A DNA stretch of 63,930 nt, counting the filler, from Chiloscyllium plagiosum (taxonomy: Eukaryota): NCBI RefSeq assembly GCF_004010195.1. It is 5 parts of one record of this genome, joined end to end, with 100 filler letters (N's around TTAATTAATTAA, not from the genome) between each part and the next. Parts side by side here need not be neighbours in the genome. Positions count along the whole stretch, not along the records: positions 1 to 15,520 come from NC_057710.1; 4 more parts are not named here. One strand, given 5' to 3'. Both the position numbers and the translations under genes were made by a program. The notes beneath the pieces are model-generated. The model saw only the letters and a list, made by a program, of their open reading frames with translations. It was not told the DNA's origin and ran no database searches. Positions 1 through 11,730 of the stretch are shown piece by piece. Within the stretch, counting starts at the first letter, position 1. Each line of letters begins with the position of its first letter.

Positions 1-322
1 TCTTTTCTCTGGGGTCGGGAAGTCCAGAACTAGAGGGCATAGGTTTAGGGTGAGAGGGGAAAGATATAAAAGAGACCTAAGGGGCAACTTTTTCATGCAG
101 AGGGTGATACATGTATGGAATGAACTGCCAGAGGATGTGGTGGAGGCTGGTACAATTGCAACATTTAAGAGGCATTTGGATGGGTTTCTGAATAGGAAGG
201 GTTTGGAGGGATATGGGCCGGGTGCTGGCAGGTGGGACTAGATTGGGTTGAGATATCTGGTCGGCATGGAAACGTTGGATCGAAGGGTCTGTATCCGTAC
301 TGTACACCTCTATGACTCTATG
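1..322 (+). mobile_element. CR1 LINE 3' end (runs off the window start)
   Basis: ORF 50..241 gives the CR1 ORF2 C-terminus (FFMQRVIHVWNELP...FKRHLD); ends in a TATGACTCTATG tail. Confidence 0.9.
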
Positions 323-609
323 TGAGGCACAAATCCCATTGAAATTTTGTGTCTTTAACAAAAGGTTCCAAATTCACCTAACCTCCTCACCACAATTGCC
401 AACCTTATGAAATCACGAGTTTATCTTCTGGAGTTTATTTTCCTTACTTTATATAAAATCATGCATATCTTTTCATGGTGATATCTTAAAATATAACGTT
501 TCGGAAGAGCAGATGAAAAAGCATACGGTTAGGGTTAGGAATGGCATATGCTGTACATATTTGTCATAGCTGGGAGAGATGAGTATTCATTTGTCTACGT
601 TTTTAAACA

Positions 610-708
610 GATTTCGCTGCTCCTTGGATGCTGCCTGAACTGCTGTGCTCTTCCAGCACCACTAATCCAGAATCTGGTTTCCAGCAATCTGCAGTCATTG
701 TTTTTAAC
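610..708 (+). mobile_element. Solo Penelope terminal-repeat fragment with 16-bp TSD
   Basis: CTACGTTTTTAAACAG at 595-610 and 709-724; the insert matches the post-hammerhead part of the repeat at 16150-16214 (reverse complement). Confidence 0.85.
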
Positions 709-1302
709 CTACGTTTTTAAACAGTTTTATTGCCACATAAGGGCAGAAAGAATGTCAGACGTGAGCCCACAGGCCTAGACGCCTGCTGCATAGTCAGAAC
801 ACACAGCAAGACAGTTCAATGAGTTTGTGCAGTGTGAAATTTCTGATTGAATAGGAAGAAGACGCATTATGTGGAACTGCTGATAGGCTAGTGCCTCCAA
901 AACCTCTGACAGCTCTAGAACCTGGTCATGGAATGGGACTGCAACCAGTGCCAGGAAGGCCTATTGACTCCAAAGGCTGAGCAATGTTTGGAATATTTGG
1001 CAGGGAGTTAGGGAGGGGTAATTTTTTTAAGCTCCAGTTTATTTGTTAAGCATATTTTGCCATTCATAAGTTAGTGCCTTACACTACATCCTAGTGTAAT
1101 CCATAGTTCCACAGCTGGCAATAGAGCATGTCAACCCTGGAGGTTTGTCACTTCTATTTCAGCAAGTGGGATGCAGACAGGTTAGAGATAGAGGACTTGG
1201 CTGCCTCTGGAGTGTCCTGAGTGGAGACATTTGAGGACATATATGTCGTTTCTCCTCCAACTGGATTCTTCCTGTCACCTCTTTGTCTCCTTGTGAGGAC
1301 AG

Positions 1303-1386
1303 GAGTTGAAACTTTATTGCTGGAACAGCACAGCAGGTCAGGCAGCATCCAGGGAACAGGAGATTCAACGTTTCGGGCACAGGCCC
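1303..1386 (-). mobile_element. Penelope terminal-repeat fragment with partial hammerhead
   Basis: Reverse complement closely matches 61642-61725 (AGGGCCTGTGCCCGAAACGTTGAATC...CCAGCAATAAAGTTTCAACT). Confidence 0.8.
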
Positions 1387-1707
1387 TGCAGTGCACACCA
1401 GGTTCTCTATTACCCTAACGCCATGCTTTCAGCCCTGAGGACCAACGTCTAGGACGATGGAGAGCACACCTCTCCAGGTGACCCTGACTCTCCCTGCAAA
1501 CGTGCCCAAAGAGGCAGCCAGATGGTCACATGACTCACTGCACTGCAGTCTCTGGGCAATTCTTTGCTTCTGTTTCTCCCCACGCACCTGGATGAAGTTG
1601 CTGATTGCTGAAACCACGGAATCCTCTCCAGTCTGTCAGCTGACCTGAGCAATGTTTCCTCCAGCATCTATTTCCTCGACATGACCAGTTTGCTTCACAG
1701 TCTCTTT

Positions 1708-1725
1708 GAGAGAGAGAGAGAGAGA
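1708..1725. repeat. (GA)9 microsatellite
   Basis: Read directly from the sequence. Confidence 0.95.
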
Positions 1726-2323
1726 AACCAATGGTGGTGGTTTAGGGATGCCCACATCCCACAATCAAACCTCTTAAAGAAAGTTTCACCAAAAAAGGTA
1801 CAATTTTAGAAGCTGGCTATTACATAAGAGTTAGATTATTTAAAAGTGTTACTTTACATCCAAATGCGGGCAAATATCAAGTATACAGTAATCTAAATGG
1901 TGACACTGAGGAAACCCCAGTATTGAGCCTTTGATCCATTTTCTATCAGATCAGGAAAGGAATGTGGCGTGATCAGGTCTAAAAGGAGAGCAATGCTTGA
2001 GGGATAAATGGGAAACGGCTGTTCCTGGGTTCTCTATTCAGGTCCATATTTTTTATCACCACATCCTGTTGGTTTGTGATCAATTCAGCAGGTTCAAGTT
2101 TCACGCGGACCTGGTTTCTTGAAGTACAGCTGTATCAGCAATGCGGGCTCCAAATAGCTCTTTGGTCTCCTATTTGAAGATACGGCAGGTCATACGGCAC
2201 TGGGCCAAGTGGCAACAACTGTGTGCTTTCTACTTACAATTGTTGGCTGTTTGGCAATGGAAAAATTGCAGCTATTTGAAAGAAATTCTACGTCGAGGCA
2301 TGCTGAAATGAGTCTCATGTTCG

Positions 2324-2418
2324 TTTAATTTCAATACTTATTGAAAATGTAAAAAATTAATTTGTTTTGTGTAAATGCTTATGTTTGATAGCAATTGATT
2401 CAATTTTTAAAATTTAAT
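2324..2418 (-). promoter_or_regulatory. Candidate AMACR polyadenylation signals (ATTAAA at 2413-2418 and 2324-2329)
   Basis: TTTAAT on the + strand in an AT-rich region 100-200 nt downstream of the AMACR stop; no transcript evidence. Confidence 0.35.
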
Positions 2419-2522
2419 GAGAAAAATAAAATTCATTTTTTTGAAAATGAAATAATTCAAATACCACTCAGGCACAAAATTTGATTATTATAATATTGTG
2501 AAATAAAACATAATAGTTTCTG

Positions 2523-2932
2523 TTACAAATTAGATTTTGATCTATTGCATTCAATAACACCAGCAGACTCGAGTTTATTTATCTGCTCTTTTGTGAAACC
2601 ATGCTCGGCCAACACAAGTTGTGTGTGCTCTCCCACTCGTGGATCCCTTTCCAAGCTGACAATGGCTGGGGTCCGGGACAGGACCGGAGCTGGTCTCGGG
2701 CTGACTTGTCCATCCTGAGCAGTAATAAAAGATCCCCTTTCTCGATTGTGTGGATGACTGAAAGCTTCTTGGAAAGACAAAACAGGAGTAACACAAGCAT
2801 CAGTTCCATCAAAGATCTTGGTCCAGTGTTCTTGGCTCTTTGCAGCAAATGCTTCTGTAAAAATTCTTTTTAACTCAGGCCAGTCAGATTGGCTGTTCTG
2901 AGGGGGGAGTTTGGTGGAATCCAAGCCAAGAC
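2523..2932 (-). CDS. AMACR: Alpha-methylacyl-CoA racemase, terminal coding exon (410 nt, phase 1)
   Basis: GLGLDSTKLPPQ...DWPELKRIF...IFDGTDACVTPVLSF...HPHNRERGSF...PRPAPVLSRTP...GEHT...SKSNL* matches the vertebrate AMACR C-terminus (CoA-transferase III family). Acceptor ttgtag|GTCTTGGC at 2933/2932; TAA at 2523-2525. Confidence 0.95.
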
Positions 2933-2966
2933 CTACAACAACATACAGAAAGGAGCATCTAGTCAT
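2933..2966 (-). promoter_or_regulatory. 3' splice site of the AMACR last intron
   Basis: Minus strand reads TATGACTAGATGCTCCTTTCTGTATGTTGTTGTAG: branch-like TGACT, pyrimidine-rich tract, AG. Confidence 0.8.
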
Positions 2967-3562
2967 AAGGTCAACTGTACATGGAAACCACAAAATCTGA
3001 CTGATTAAAAAAAAACTGACCTTTAATTCAGAATGAACTGACTTTGAAAGATTCTGATTAAAAGCAACAACATTTAGTATTCAAACTCCTTGCGCTGAGC
3101 AGACATTTCAGGCTTCTGTTTAAATTTCAAAACTGAGGCTGATACGTACATCAGTATTGTGGGAGTACTGCAGTGTTGAGATTCCTTCAGTAGTATGTTA
3201 AAATGTCTGTCAAGATTATGTACTAAAGTCTGTAGAGATTCTTGAATAACACCAAATTTTAACTCAGTTGAGAGTGCTAATTAATGAGTCAAGATGCAAA
3301 GGACAATCAGTGCTGGTCAAGAGTAAAGCACAGTGCTTTGCATTGTTAACTAGGCCCTAAGCCTTTGCTCTTCCCGATTTGTAACTAAGGTTTGTTAGGA
3401 ATTATGAAATCATACTTTCCACATCATTCAGATTCAAACTCTATTGACATGGATTTCTTAGTAACTTTGGCTGAAATTCTCATGAATGGTGACAGATTTC
3501 ATTAAGTTTATTTTCTATTAAAGACAATTCCCTCCCTAATTCCCTCTGCCATTTCCACCTAT

Positions 3563-3730
3563 CTTTCGTCCTTGAAAACCTCCTTAAATCTGACCTTTTT
3601 AATTCAGTTCTTAGACATCTCCCAATAGTTTAATTCTTCAGCTTGGTGTCAATTTTTGAGTCTGTATTTCTGCCAAGTGTCTTGGGCAGTTCGTTTGCAT
3701 TAATGGGGCTAGATGAATGCTGGTTGTTTT
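3563..3730 (+). mobile_element. Old L2-type LINE/SINE 3' end
   Basis: Degenerate match to an L2-like tail (CTCCTTAAA...CTTGGG...GCTAGATGAATGCTGGTTGTT); a similar relic lies near 52165-52505. Confidence 0.4.
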
Positions 3731-3849
3731 TATTAAATCTTACCTCTAGAAATGAAATAATCTGTAACAAAAAAATATATTTTTCAAAGATGGTTACAAC
3801 TTATAAGTAGATCTTACAACACTGACAATTGGCAAAATATCATCACCGT

Positions 3850-3945
3850 ATAAAACAAAAACAGAAACTGCTGGAAAATCTCAGCAGGTCTGGCAGCATC
3901 TGTGAAGAGAAATCAGAGTTAACATTTCAGGTCCAGCGACACTTG
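3850..3945 (-). mobile_element. Penelope terminal-repeat variant
   Basis: Same family as 8487-8605 and 17750-17850; partial hammerhead GGACCTGAAATGTTAAC on the minus strand. Confidence 0.6.
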
Positions 3946-4094
3946 AGTCATAGAATTGTAGAGTATGGAAACAGAACCTTCAGTCTAACTCATCCATGCC
4001 AATCAGATATCCTAAATTGATCTAGTCCCATTTGTTAGCATTTGGCTCATATCCTTCCAAACTCTTCCTATTCATGCACCCATCCAGATTCCTC

Positions 4095-6740
4095 AGAGAG
4101 ACATAGACTCATACAGATATACAGCATGGAAACAGACCCTTTGGTCCAACCCGTCCATGCCGACCAGATATCCCAACCCAATCTAGTCCCACCTGCCAGC
4201 ACCCGGCCCATATCCCTCCAAACTCTTCTTATTCATATACCCATCCAGATGCCTTTTAAATGTTGCAATTGTACCAGCCTCCACCATTTCCTCTGGCAGC
4301 TCATTCCATACATGTACCACCCTCTGTGTGAAAAAGTTAGGTCTCTTTTATATCTTGCCCCGCTCACTCCAAATCTATGCCCTCTAGTTCTGGACTCCCC
4401 GACCCCAGGTATGCCTATTTATTCTATCCATGCCCCTCATAATTTTGTAAACCTCTATAAGGTCACCCCTCAGCCTCCGACACTCTAGGGAAAACAGCCC
4501 CAACCTGTTCAGCACCTCCTTGTAGCTCAGATCCTCCAACCCTGGCAACTTGTAAATCTTTTCTGAACCCTTTCAAGTTTCACAACATCTTTCCGGTAGG
4601 AAGGAGACCAGAATTGCAGGCAATATTCCAACAGTGGCCTAACCAATGACCTGTACAGCCGCAACATGACCTCCCAACTCCTGTACTCAATACTCTTGAC
4701 CAATAACGGAAAGCATACCAAACGCCTTCTTCACTATCGTATCTAACTGCGACTCCACCTTCAAGGAGCTATGAACCTGCACTCCAAGGTCTCTTTGTTC
4801 AGCAACACTCCCTAGGACCTTACCATTAAGTGTGTAAGTCCTGCTAAGATTTGCTTTCCTAAAATGCAGCACCTCACATTTATCTGAATTAAACTCCATC
4901 TGCCACTTCTCAGCCTATTGGCCCATCTGGTCCAGATCCTGTTGTAATCTGAGGTAAACCTCTTCGCTGTCCACGATACCTCCAATGTTGGTGTCATCTG
5001 CAAACTTACTAATTGTACCTCTTATGCTCGCATCCAAATCATTTATGTAAATGACAAAAAGTAGAGGGGCCCAGCGCCAATTCTTGTGGCACTCCACTGG
5101 TCACAAGCCTCCAGTCTGAAAAACAACCCTCCACCACCACCCTCTGTCTTCGACCTTTGAGCCAGTTCTGTATCCAAATGGCTAGTTCTCCCTGTATTTC
5201 ATGAGATCTAAGCTTGCTAATCAGTCTCCCATGGGGAATCTTGTCGAACGCCTTACTGAAGTCCATATAGATCACATTGACTGCTCTGCCCTCATCAATC
5301 TTATTTGTTACTTCTTCAAGAAACCCAATCAAGTTTCTGAGACATGATTTCCCACACACAAAGCCATGTTGACTATCCCAAATCAATCCTTGCCTTTCCA
5401 AATACATGTACATCCTGTCCCTCAGGATTTTCTCCAACAACCTGCCCACCGCCGAGGTCAGGCCCACCGGTCTATTGTTCCCTGGCTTGTCTTTACCGCC
5501 CTTCTTAAACAGTGGCACCACGTATGCCAACCTCCAGTCTTTCGGCACCTCACCTGTGACTATTGATGATACAAATATCTCAGGAAGAGGCCCAGCAATC
5601 ACTTCTCTGGCTTCCCACAGAGTTCTCGGGTACATCTGACCAGGTCCTGGGGATGTATCCACTTTTAACCGTTTCAAGACATCCAGCACTTCCTCCTCTG
5701 TAATCTGAACATTTTGCAAGATATCATCATCTATTTCCCTACAGTCTATATCTTCCATATCCTTTTCCACAGTAAATACTGTTGCAAAACATTCATTTAG
5801 TATCTCCCCCATTTTCTGTGGCTCCACACAAAGGCCGCCTTACTATTCTTTTCTCTCCTGAAAAATGTGTTGCTGGCAAAGCGCAGCAGGTCAGGTAGCT
5901 TCCAAGGAACAGGAGAATCGACATTTCGGGCATAAGACCTTCTTCAGGCCTATTCTCTCCCTAGTTACCCTTTTGTCCTTAATATATTTGTAAAAACACT
6001 TTGGATTCTCCTTAATTCTATTTGCCAAAGCTATCTCATGTCCCCGTTTTGCCCTCCTGATTTCCCTCTTCAGTATGCTCCTACTTTTTTTATACTCTTC
6101 TAAGAATTCACTCGATCTAACCTGTCTATACCTGACATATGCTTCCTTCTTTTTCTTAACCACACCCTTAATTTCTTGAGTCATCCAGCATTCCCTATAC
6201 CTACCAGTCTTTCTTTTTACCCCGACAGGAATATACTTTCTTTGGATTCTTGTTATCTCATTACTGAAGGCTTCCCATTTTCCAGTGCACATTTGCCTCC
6301 AATCAGCTTTTGAAAGTTCTTGCCCAATACTGTCAAAATTGGCCTTTCTCCAATTTAGAACTTCAACTTTTAGATCTGGTCTATCCTTTTCCATCACTAT
6401 TTTAAAACAAATAGAATTATGGTCGCTGGCCCCAAAGTGCTCCCCCACTGACACCTCAGTCACCTGCCCTGCCTTATTTCCCAAGAGTAGGTCAAGTTTT
6501 GCACCTTCTCTTGTAGGTACATCCACATACTGAATTAGAATGTTGTCTTGTACGCACTTAAGAAATTCCTCTCCACCTAAACCTTTAACACTATGGCAGT
6601 CCCAGTCAACGTTTGAAAAGTTAAAATCCCCTACCATAACCATGCTATTATTCTTACAGATAGCTGAGATCCCCTTACAAGTTTGTTTCTGAATTTCCCT
6701 CTGACTATTAGGGGGTCTATAATACAAACCCAATAAGGGA
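4095..6740 (-). mobile_element. 5'-truncated CR1 LINE (APE endonuclease + RT, frameshifted)
   Basis: ORFs give GLYYRPP, GDFNF, SDHN (APE); PLFKKG, YMDFSKAFD, SGVPQ, FADD (RT). Confidence 0.92.
5859..5947 (-). mobile_element. Solo Penelope terminal repeat with hammerhead, inside CR1
   Basis: Reverse complement CTGAAGAAGGTCTTATGCCCGAAATGTCGATTC. Confidence 0.8.
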
Positions 6741-7719
6741 TACCTTTTAAACATTGCAATTGTACCAGCCTCCACCACTTTCTCTGGCAGCTCATTCCAT
6801 ACACGTACCACCCGCTTCATAAAAAGGTTGCCCTTTAGGTTCATTTTAAACCTTTCCCACTCACCTTAAATCTGTGCCCTTTGGTATTTGACTCCCCTAC
6901 CCTTGGAAAAGACTTTGATTATTCACTCTATCTGTGCCCTTTATGATTTTATAAACCTCTGTAAGTTCACCCCTCAGCCTCGAACGCTCCAGAAAAGCAG
7001 CCCCCGCCTATTCACACTCTCCCCACAGCTCAAATCTTCCAAACCTGGCAACATCCTTATAAATCTTTTCTGAACTCTTTCAAGTTTAACATCTTTCCTG
7101 TAGCAGAGGACCAGAATTGCACACAATAGTCCAAAAATGGCCTAATCAATGTTCTGTATAGCCGCAACATGACATCGCCACTCATATAACCAATGCACTG
7201 ACCAATAAAGGCAAGCATACCAACTGCCTTCTTCACTCCCATGTCCATCTGCGACTCTACTAACCATATCTCCTATATCACTTCTAAATCATTTATCTAA
7301 ATGACAAAAAGCAGTGAACGCAGCACCAATCACTGAGGCACATTGCTAGCCATAGGCCTCTGAAAGACCCTTCTTCAGAACATCAATATATGTATCTAAT
7401 TTATTCAATATTATCATTCAGAAATATTTTGGCTCAGAAAAGCATAATGGCCATTTCCTAAAACAATTAGAGCATATAACTAAAAGTATTAAAAGCTGAG
7501 TTCAGGATAGAACTATTGTAGATTTGTCCTAATTCCTACCGAAATCACAGAAATGACAAGAACTGGATGCTCCAAACCTTTAGGATATCCTGTTAATCCT
7601 TGTAAAGGGAAGAATCTTCACCTGCTTGAAATAAGGAAGATGTCACTAAAGGGTAGTTCCAGAGGCAGAGATCATATAAAGATTAAGTAAAAGAAGGTTA
7701 CTAAGCAAGCTGAGCTCAG

Positions 7720-8060
7720 GAGTCATACAGCATGGAAACAGACCCTTTGTCCAACTCGTCCATGTCGACCAAGTCTTCCAAACTTACCAGTGTTTGGCCC
7801 ACATCGCTCCAAATCTTTCCTATTCATCTAGGTGTTCAAATGTCTTCTAAATGTTGTAATTGTACCTGCATCTACCACTTCCTTTGACAGTTCATTTCAC
7901 ATATGTACAATCCTTTGTGTGAAAATGTTGCCCTTCAGGTACCTTTTAAATCTTTCTCCTCTCACCTTAAAAATATGCAGTCTAGTTTTGAACACCCTAC
8001 CTGAGGCAAAAGATCTTTGCTATTCACCTTATTTATGCCTCTCATGTTTTTATAAATCTC
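7720..8060 (-). mobile_element. CR1 3' fragment
   Basis: Similar to the reverse complement of 1-322. Confidence 0.8.
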
Positions 8061-8465
8061 TATTGATTTTATTTGATTTATTATTGTCACGTACTGAGAT
8101 ACAGTGAAAAGTATTGTTTTACGTGCTATCCATGCAAATCATACACTACTTAATCTACATCAGAGTAATAGAACAGAATGCAATATGTAGTGTTACAGCT
8201 ATTAAGAGGGTAAGTGAAAGATCAACTCTAATATAGAACATAGAACATAGAAGAATACAGCGCAGTACAGTGAACAAGGGAACCACATTTGCTATCCTCC
8301 AGTCTTCTGGCACTACTCCTGTAGACAAAGAGGACATAAAAATCAAGGCCAATGGCTAATATATGACAGGTCCATTCATAAGTCTGATAACAGTGGGAAA
8401 GAAGCTGCTCTTAAATCTATTCATACTCATTTTCAAACTTTTGTATCTTCTATCTGATGGTAGAC
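8061..8465 (-). mobile_element. Rex1/Babar-like LINE 3' end
   Basis: Minus-strand tail ATACTTTTCACTGTATCTCAGTACGTGACAATAATAAATCAAAT; family assignment from memory. Confidence 0.55.
8236..8355 (-). mobile_element. 120-bp internally deleted CR1 insert with 8-bp TSD
   Basis: CTAATATA at 8228-8235 and 8356-8363; ORF2 fragment (VPEDWRIANVVPLF) joined to a TATGTTC repeat tail. Confidence 0.75.
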
Positions 8466-8687
8466 CCTTCCCATCCTGATTATGTTAAAAAACTGAAAGA
8501 ACTGTGGATGCTGGAAATCTGAAACAAAAGCAGAAATTGCTGGAAAATCTTAGCAAAAGAGAAATCAGAGTTAATGGTTCGGGTCCAGTGACCATTCTTC
8601 AAAATGGGTTAAGACCACTTTTGATCAAGTGTTCCCACACATGCACTTGTTCTACTTGGTCCAGCTTTCTCCAGGAACAGATCCAGG

Positions 8688-10310
8688 AATAGAAACACAG
8701 AAAATAAGTGCAGGAGTAAGCCATTCGGCCCTTCGAGCCTACACCACCATTCAATATGATCATGGCTGGTCATGCAATCTCAGTATCTCATTCAAGCCCT
8801 CGCCCCATACTCCTTGATCTTTTTAACTGCAAGGGCCATGTCAAACTCCCTCTCGAATATATCTAATGAACTGGCCCCAACAGGTTTCTGTGGGAGAGAA
8901 TTCCACAGGTTCACAACTCTAAATGATGAATTTCTTCTTTATTTCAATCCTGAATGGCTCAACCCGTATTCTTAGACTGTGATTCCTAGTTCTAGACTTC
9001 CCCAACATTAGAAACATTCTTCCGGCATCTAACCGGTCCAGACCCATCCGGATTTCATGTTTCTTTGAGAATCCCCCTCATTCTTCTAAATTCCAGAGAG
9101 TACAACCTAGTCGTTCCAGTCTTTCCTCATATGTCAGTCCAGCCATCCCGGGCATCAGTCTGGCGAAGTGGGACTCCCTCAATAGCAAGAATGTCCTTCC
9201 TCAGACTAGGGGTCAAAACCTGCACACAATACTTAAGGTATTCCCTGGCTATGAAAGAGAGCATGCCATTAGCTTTCCTCACTGCCTGCTGTACCTGCCA
9301 ACCCTCAATGAATGTTCCACCATGACATCCAGGTTTCGTAGCACCTCACCTTTTCTTAAACTGCCACCATTCAGATAATAAGCTGTTTTCTTGTTTTTGC
9401 GAATAAAGTGGATAACCTCACACTTATCCGCATTATATTGTATTTGCCAAGTATTTGCCCAATCAACCAGTCTGTCCAAGTCACCATAAACTTAGCATCC
9501 TCCAGTCAGCTTAGTGTCATTTGGAAATTGAGATACTGCATTCAATTCCTTTGTCCAAATCATTAATATATATTGTGAACAGCTGAGGTCCCAGCACTGA
9601 ACCCTGTGGCACCCCATTCATCACTGCCTACCACTCTGAAAAGGACCCATTTATTCCAACTCTCTGCTTCCTAACTTGCTCTTTAACCATGTCAACACAT
9701 TACTTCCAATAACATGAGCTTTGCTTTTGCTTACTAATCTCTTGTGTGGAACCTTCCTGAAGAAGGGCTTATGCCTGAAAGTTCCTTGGATGCTGCCTGA
9801 CCTGCTGCGCTTTTCCAGCAACACGTTTTCAGAAAAGCCTTTTGATAGTCCAGATAAACAACATCAACTGATTCACCATTGACTACTTTACTGGTCACAT
9901 ACCCAAAGAATTTCCGAAGATTTGTCAAGCATGATTTCCCTTTCGTCAATCCATGTTGACTTGGACTGATTTTGTCACTGCTTTCCAAATGCTCAGTTAT
10001 GACATCCTTAATGATTGACTTCAGCATTTTTCCTACCACCGATGTCAGGTGAACTGCCCTATAATTCCCTACTTTCTCTCTCCCGCCTTTTGTTTTAAAG
10101 GGAGTGGAGTTACATTAGCTACCCTCCAGCCCACTGGAACTCTTTCAGAATCTACAGAATGCTGCAAAATGATTACCAATATATCCATTATTTCTAGGGC
10201 CACTTCCTTAAGCATTCTCAGATGCAAAGCATCAAGTCCTGGGGACTTAGCTGGGTTTAATCCCATCAATTTCCCCAATACCATTTCCTGACTAATAACA
10301 ATGCTTCCTT
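8688..10310 (-). mobile_element. CR1 LINE (second subfamily, RT region), with a Penelope repeat inserted at ~9756-9831
   Basis: ORFs with SQHGLTKGKSCLTNL, VYLDYQKAF, KSPGLD. Confidence 0.85.
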
Positions 10311-10492
10311 CATTATTGGTCCAATAATGTACAGGAAAGTCTCTTGAATGTACTGCCATGCCTCCCTGTAAATTCAGCCTCACTGTTTTCAGAATCATCA
10401 CAAAAGCTAAAGACTGTTATCAAATTACGTAAAATCCTCGAGTTACCTGAAATTTATGACTCATATTAGCAGGAAGCATGGACCAGGCTTTC

Positions 10493-10770
10493 TTTTATTT
10501 ATTATTCATTCACCTGGTGAGGGTGTTACTGGCTAGGTCAGCATTTATCGCTCATACTTAATTGCCAAGAAGGCAGTTAAGAATCAGCCACATGGCTATA
10601 GGTCTGGAGTCACAGACCAGACCAGGTAAAGATGACAGTTTCATTCCCTAAAGAATATTGATGAACCATATGGAACTTTCCAATAATTGACAATAGATTC
10701 ATAGTTATCATTAATCTCTTAACTATAGATTCCATAATATGCCATAGCAAACTCAGGTCCCCAGAATATT
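10493..10770 (-). mobile_element. SINE with LINE-derived 3' tail (related copy at ~36555-36790)
   Basis: Minus-strand tail ATAAATGCTGACCTAGCCAGTAACACCC...GAATGAATAATAAATAAAAAA; shared internal block GGAGTCACA...GTAAAGATG. Confidence 0.5.
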
Positions 10771-10924
10771 AGGAGAAAGTGAGGACTGCAGATGCTGGGG
10801 ATGAGAGCTTATTTATAATAAATAATAACTATTGGTAATCAACTGAACTTACTATACTAGTTCAAACTCTTAACTCCCTTTTTAAACTCCACTATACTTA
10901 GATGCTGACAGGGGGAAAAAAATG

Positions 10925-11202
10925 GGCAAAAGTGAGGACTGCAGATTATTGAAATCAGAGTCTAGATTAGAGTGGTGTTAAAAAAGCACAACAGGGCAGG
11001 CAGCATCCGAGGAGCAGGAAAATTGACGTTTCGGGCAAAAGCCCTTCACAGAACTGAAGCAGGGAGCCTCCATGATGGAGAGATTAATGGGAGGGGGTGG
11101 GGCTGGGGAGAAGGTAGCAAAGAGTTGCAGTGAGAGAGAGAGACTCACTGAGATTCTGGTGGAGAGAGGAGGAGAATTTCTTCAAGGTAGGCATCCTTGC
11201 AA
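10925..11202 (-). mobile_element. Mini Penelope-like element (putative ORF start fused to terminal repeat)
   Basis: MPTLKKFSSSLHQNL-coding segment, then C-rich tract, degenerate hammerhead (11021-11054) and tail; colinear with 16150-16445. Confidence 0.65.
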
Positions 11203-11532
11203 TGTGGGTAGAAGGAAAGAAAAAGCTGGGAAGGCTTGTCCCCAGGTGTAGTTGAGATGATCCTTTTGCCTTGTCAGAGCTTGGTGTTCCTTGATCTAGC
11301 TCTTTTCCAAATACTTTCACTACTGTATTGGAGGGACAGAGTGACTGGTTCACAACTTAGAAAGTCTCTGACCTTTGGTTAAAAGCAAGTTTACAGCAAG
11401 TGGTGATGGAAAATAAACTAGCTTTCTTCAGTCTTTAGGTAATAAAAGCACTTAAGTAAAGGGCATTGCTTTCCCTTTTGATGGTCCAAAGGTTTATAGC
11501 TGTCTCATTCACACCCATAAGCTGATCAACTA

Positions 11533-11730
11533 CAGTTGTTCTGCTATAATGCAACAGTTGTGTTCCTCTGCAACCTCGCACTATAGAAAACAACTGTGGA
11601 AAATCACGCTGTAGAAGATCGTTAGTAGAAAATTGCTATAGCCATTCAGTAGAAAGTTCGCATTATCCAAACAACTTCCACAATTCACCAATCCATACGG
11701 ACAAAATGCATGCTATAGCAGAATGACCTG
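11533..11730. mobile_element. Tc1/mariner (Tigger-type) MITE, 198 bp
   Basis: TA at 11531-11532 and 11731-11732; TIRs CAGTTGTTCTGCTATA and TATAGCAGAATGACCTG (reverse complement CAGGTCATTCTGCTATA). Confidence 0.75.

Larger units (their letters stand above)
3946..7340 (-). mobile_element. CR1 LINE 3' portion, interrupted by a second CR1
   Basis: The 3' end breaks at CCATCCAGAT (~4090) and resumes as ATACCTTTTAAAC (~6741). Confidence 0.8.

Noticed and set aside
2040..2330. Possible first exon of SLC45A2, the usual downstream neighbour of AMACR
   Set aside because: Minus-strand translations show no SLC45A2 motif (e.g. FGREFCYAVE)
2933..2993. N-terminal part of ORF 2523..2993 (MWFPCTVD...)
   Set aside because: Intronic read-through upstream of the splice acceptor
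5891..6844. 317-aa ORF as a novel gene
   Set aside because: Chance in-frame chimera of an outer CR1 3' end, an inner CR1 APE domain and a Penelope repeat
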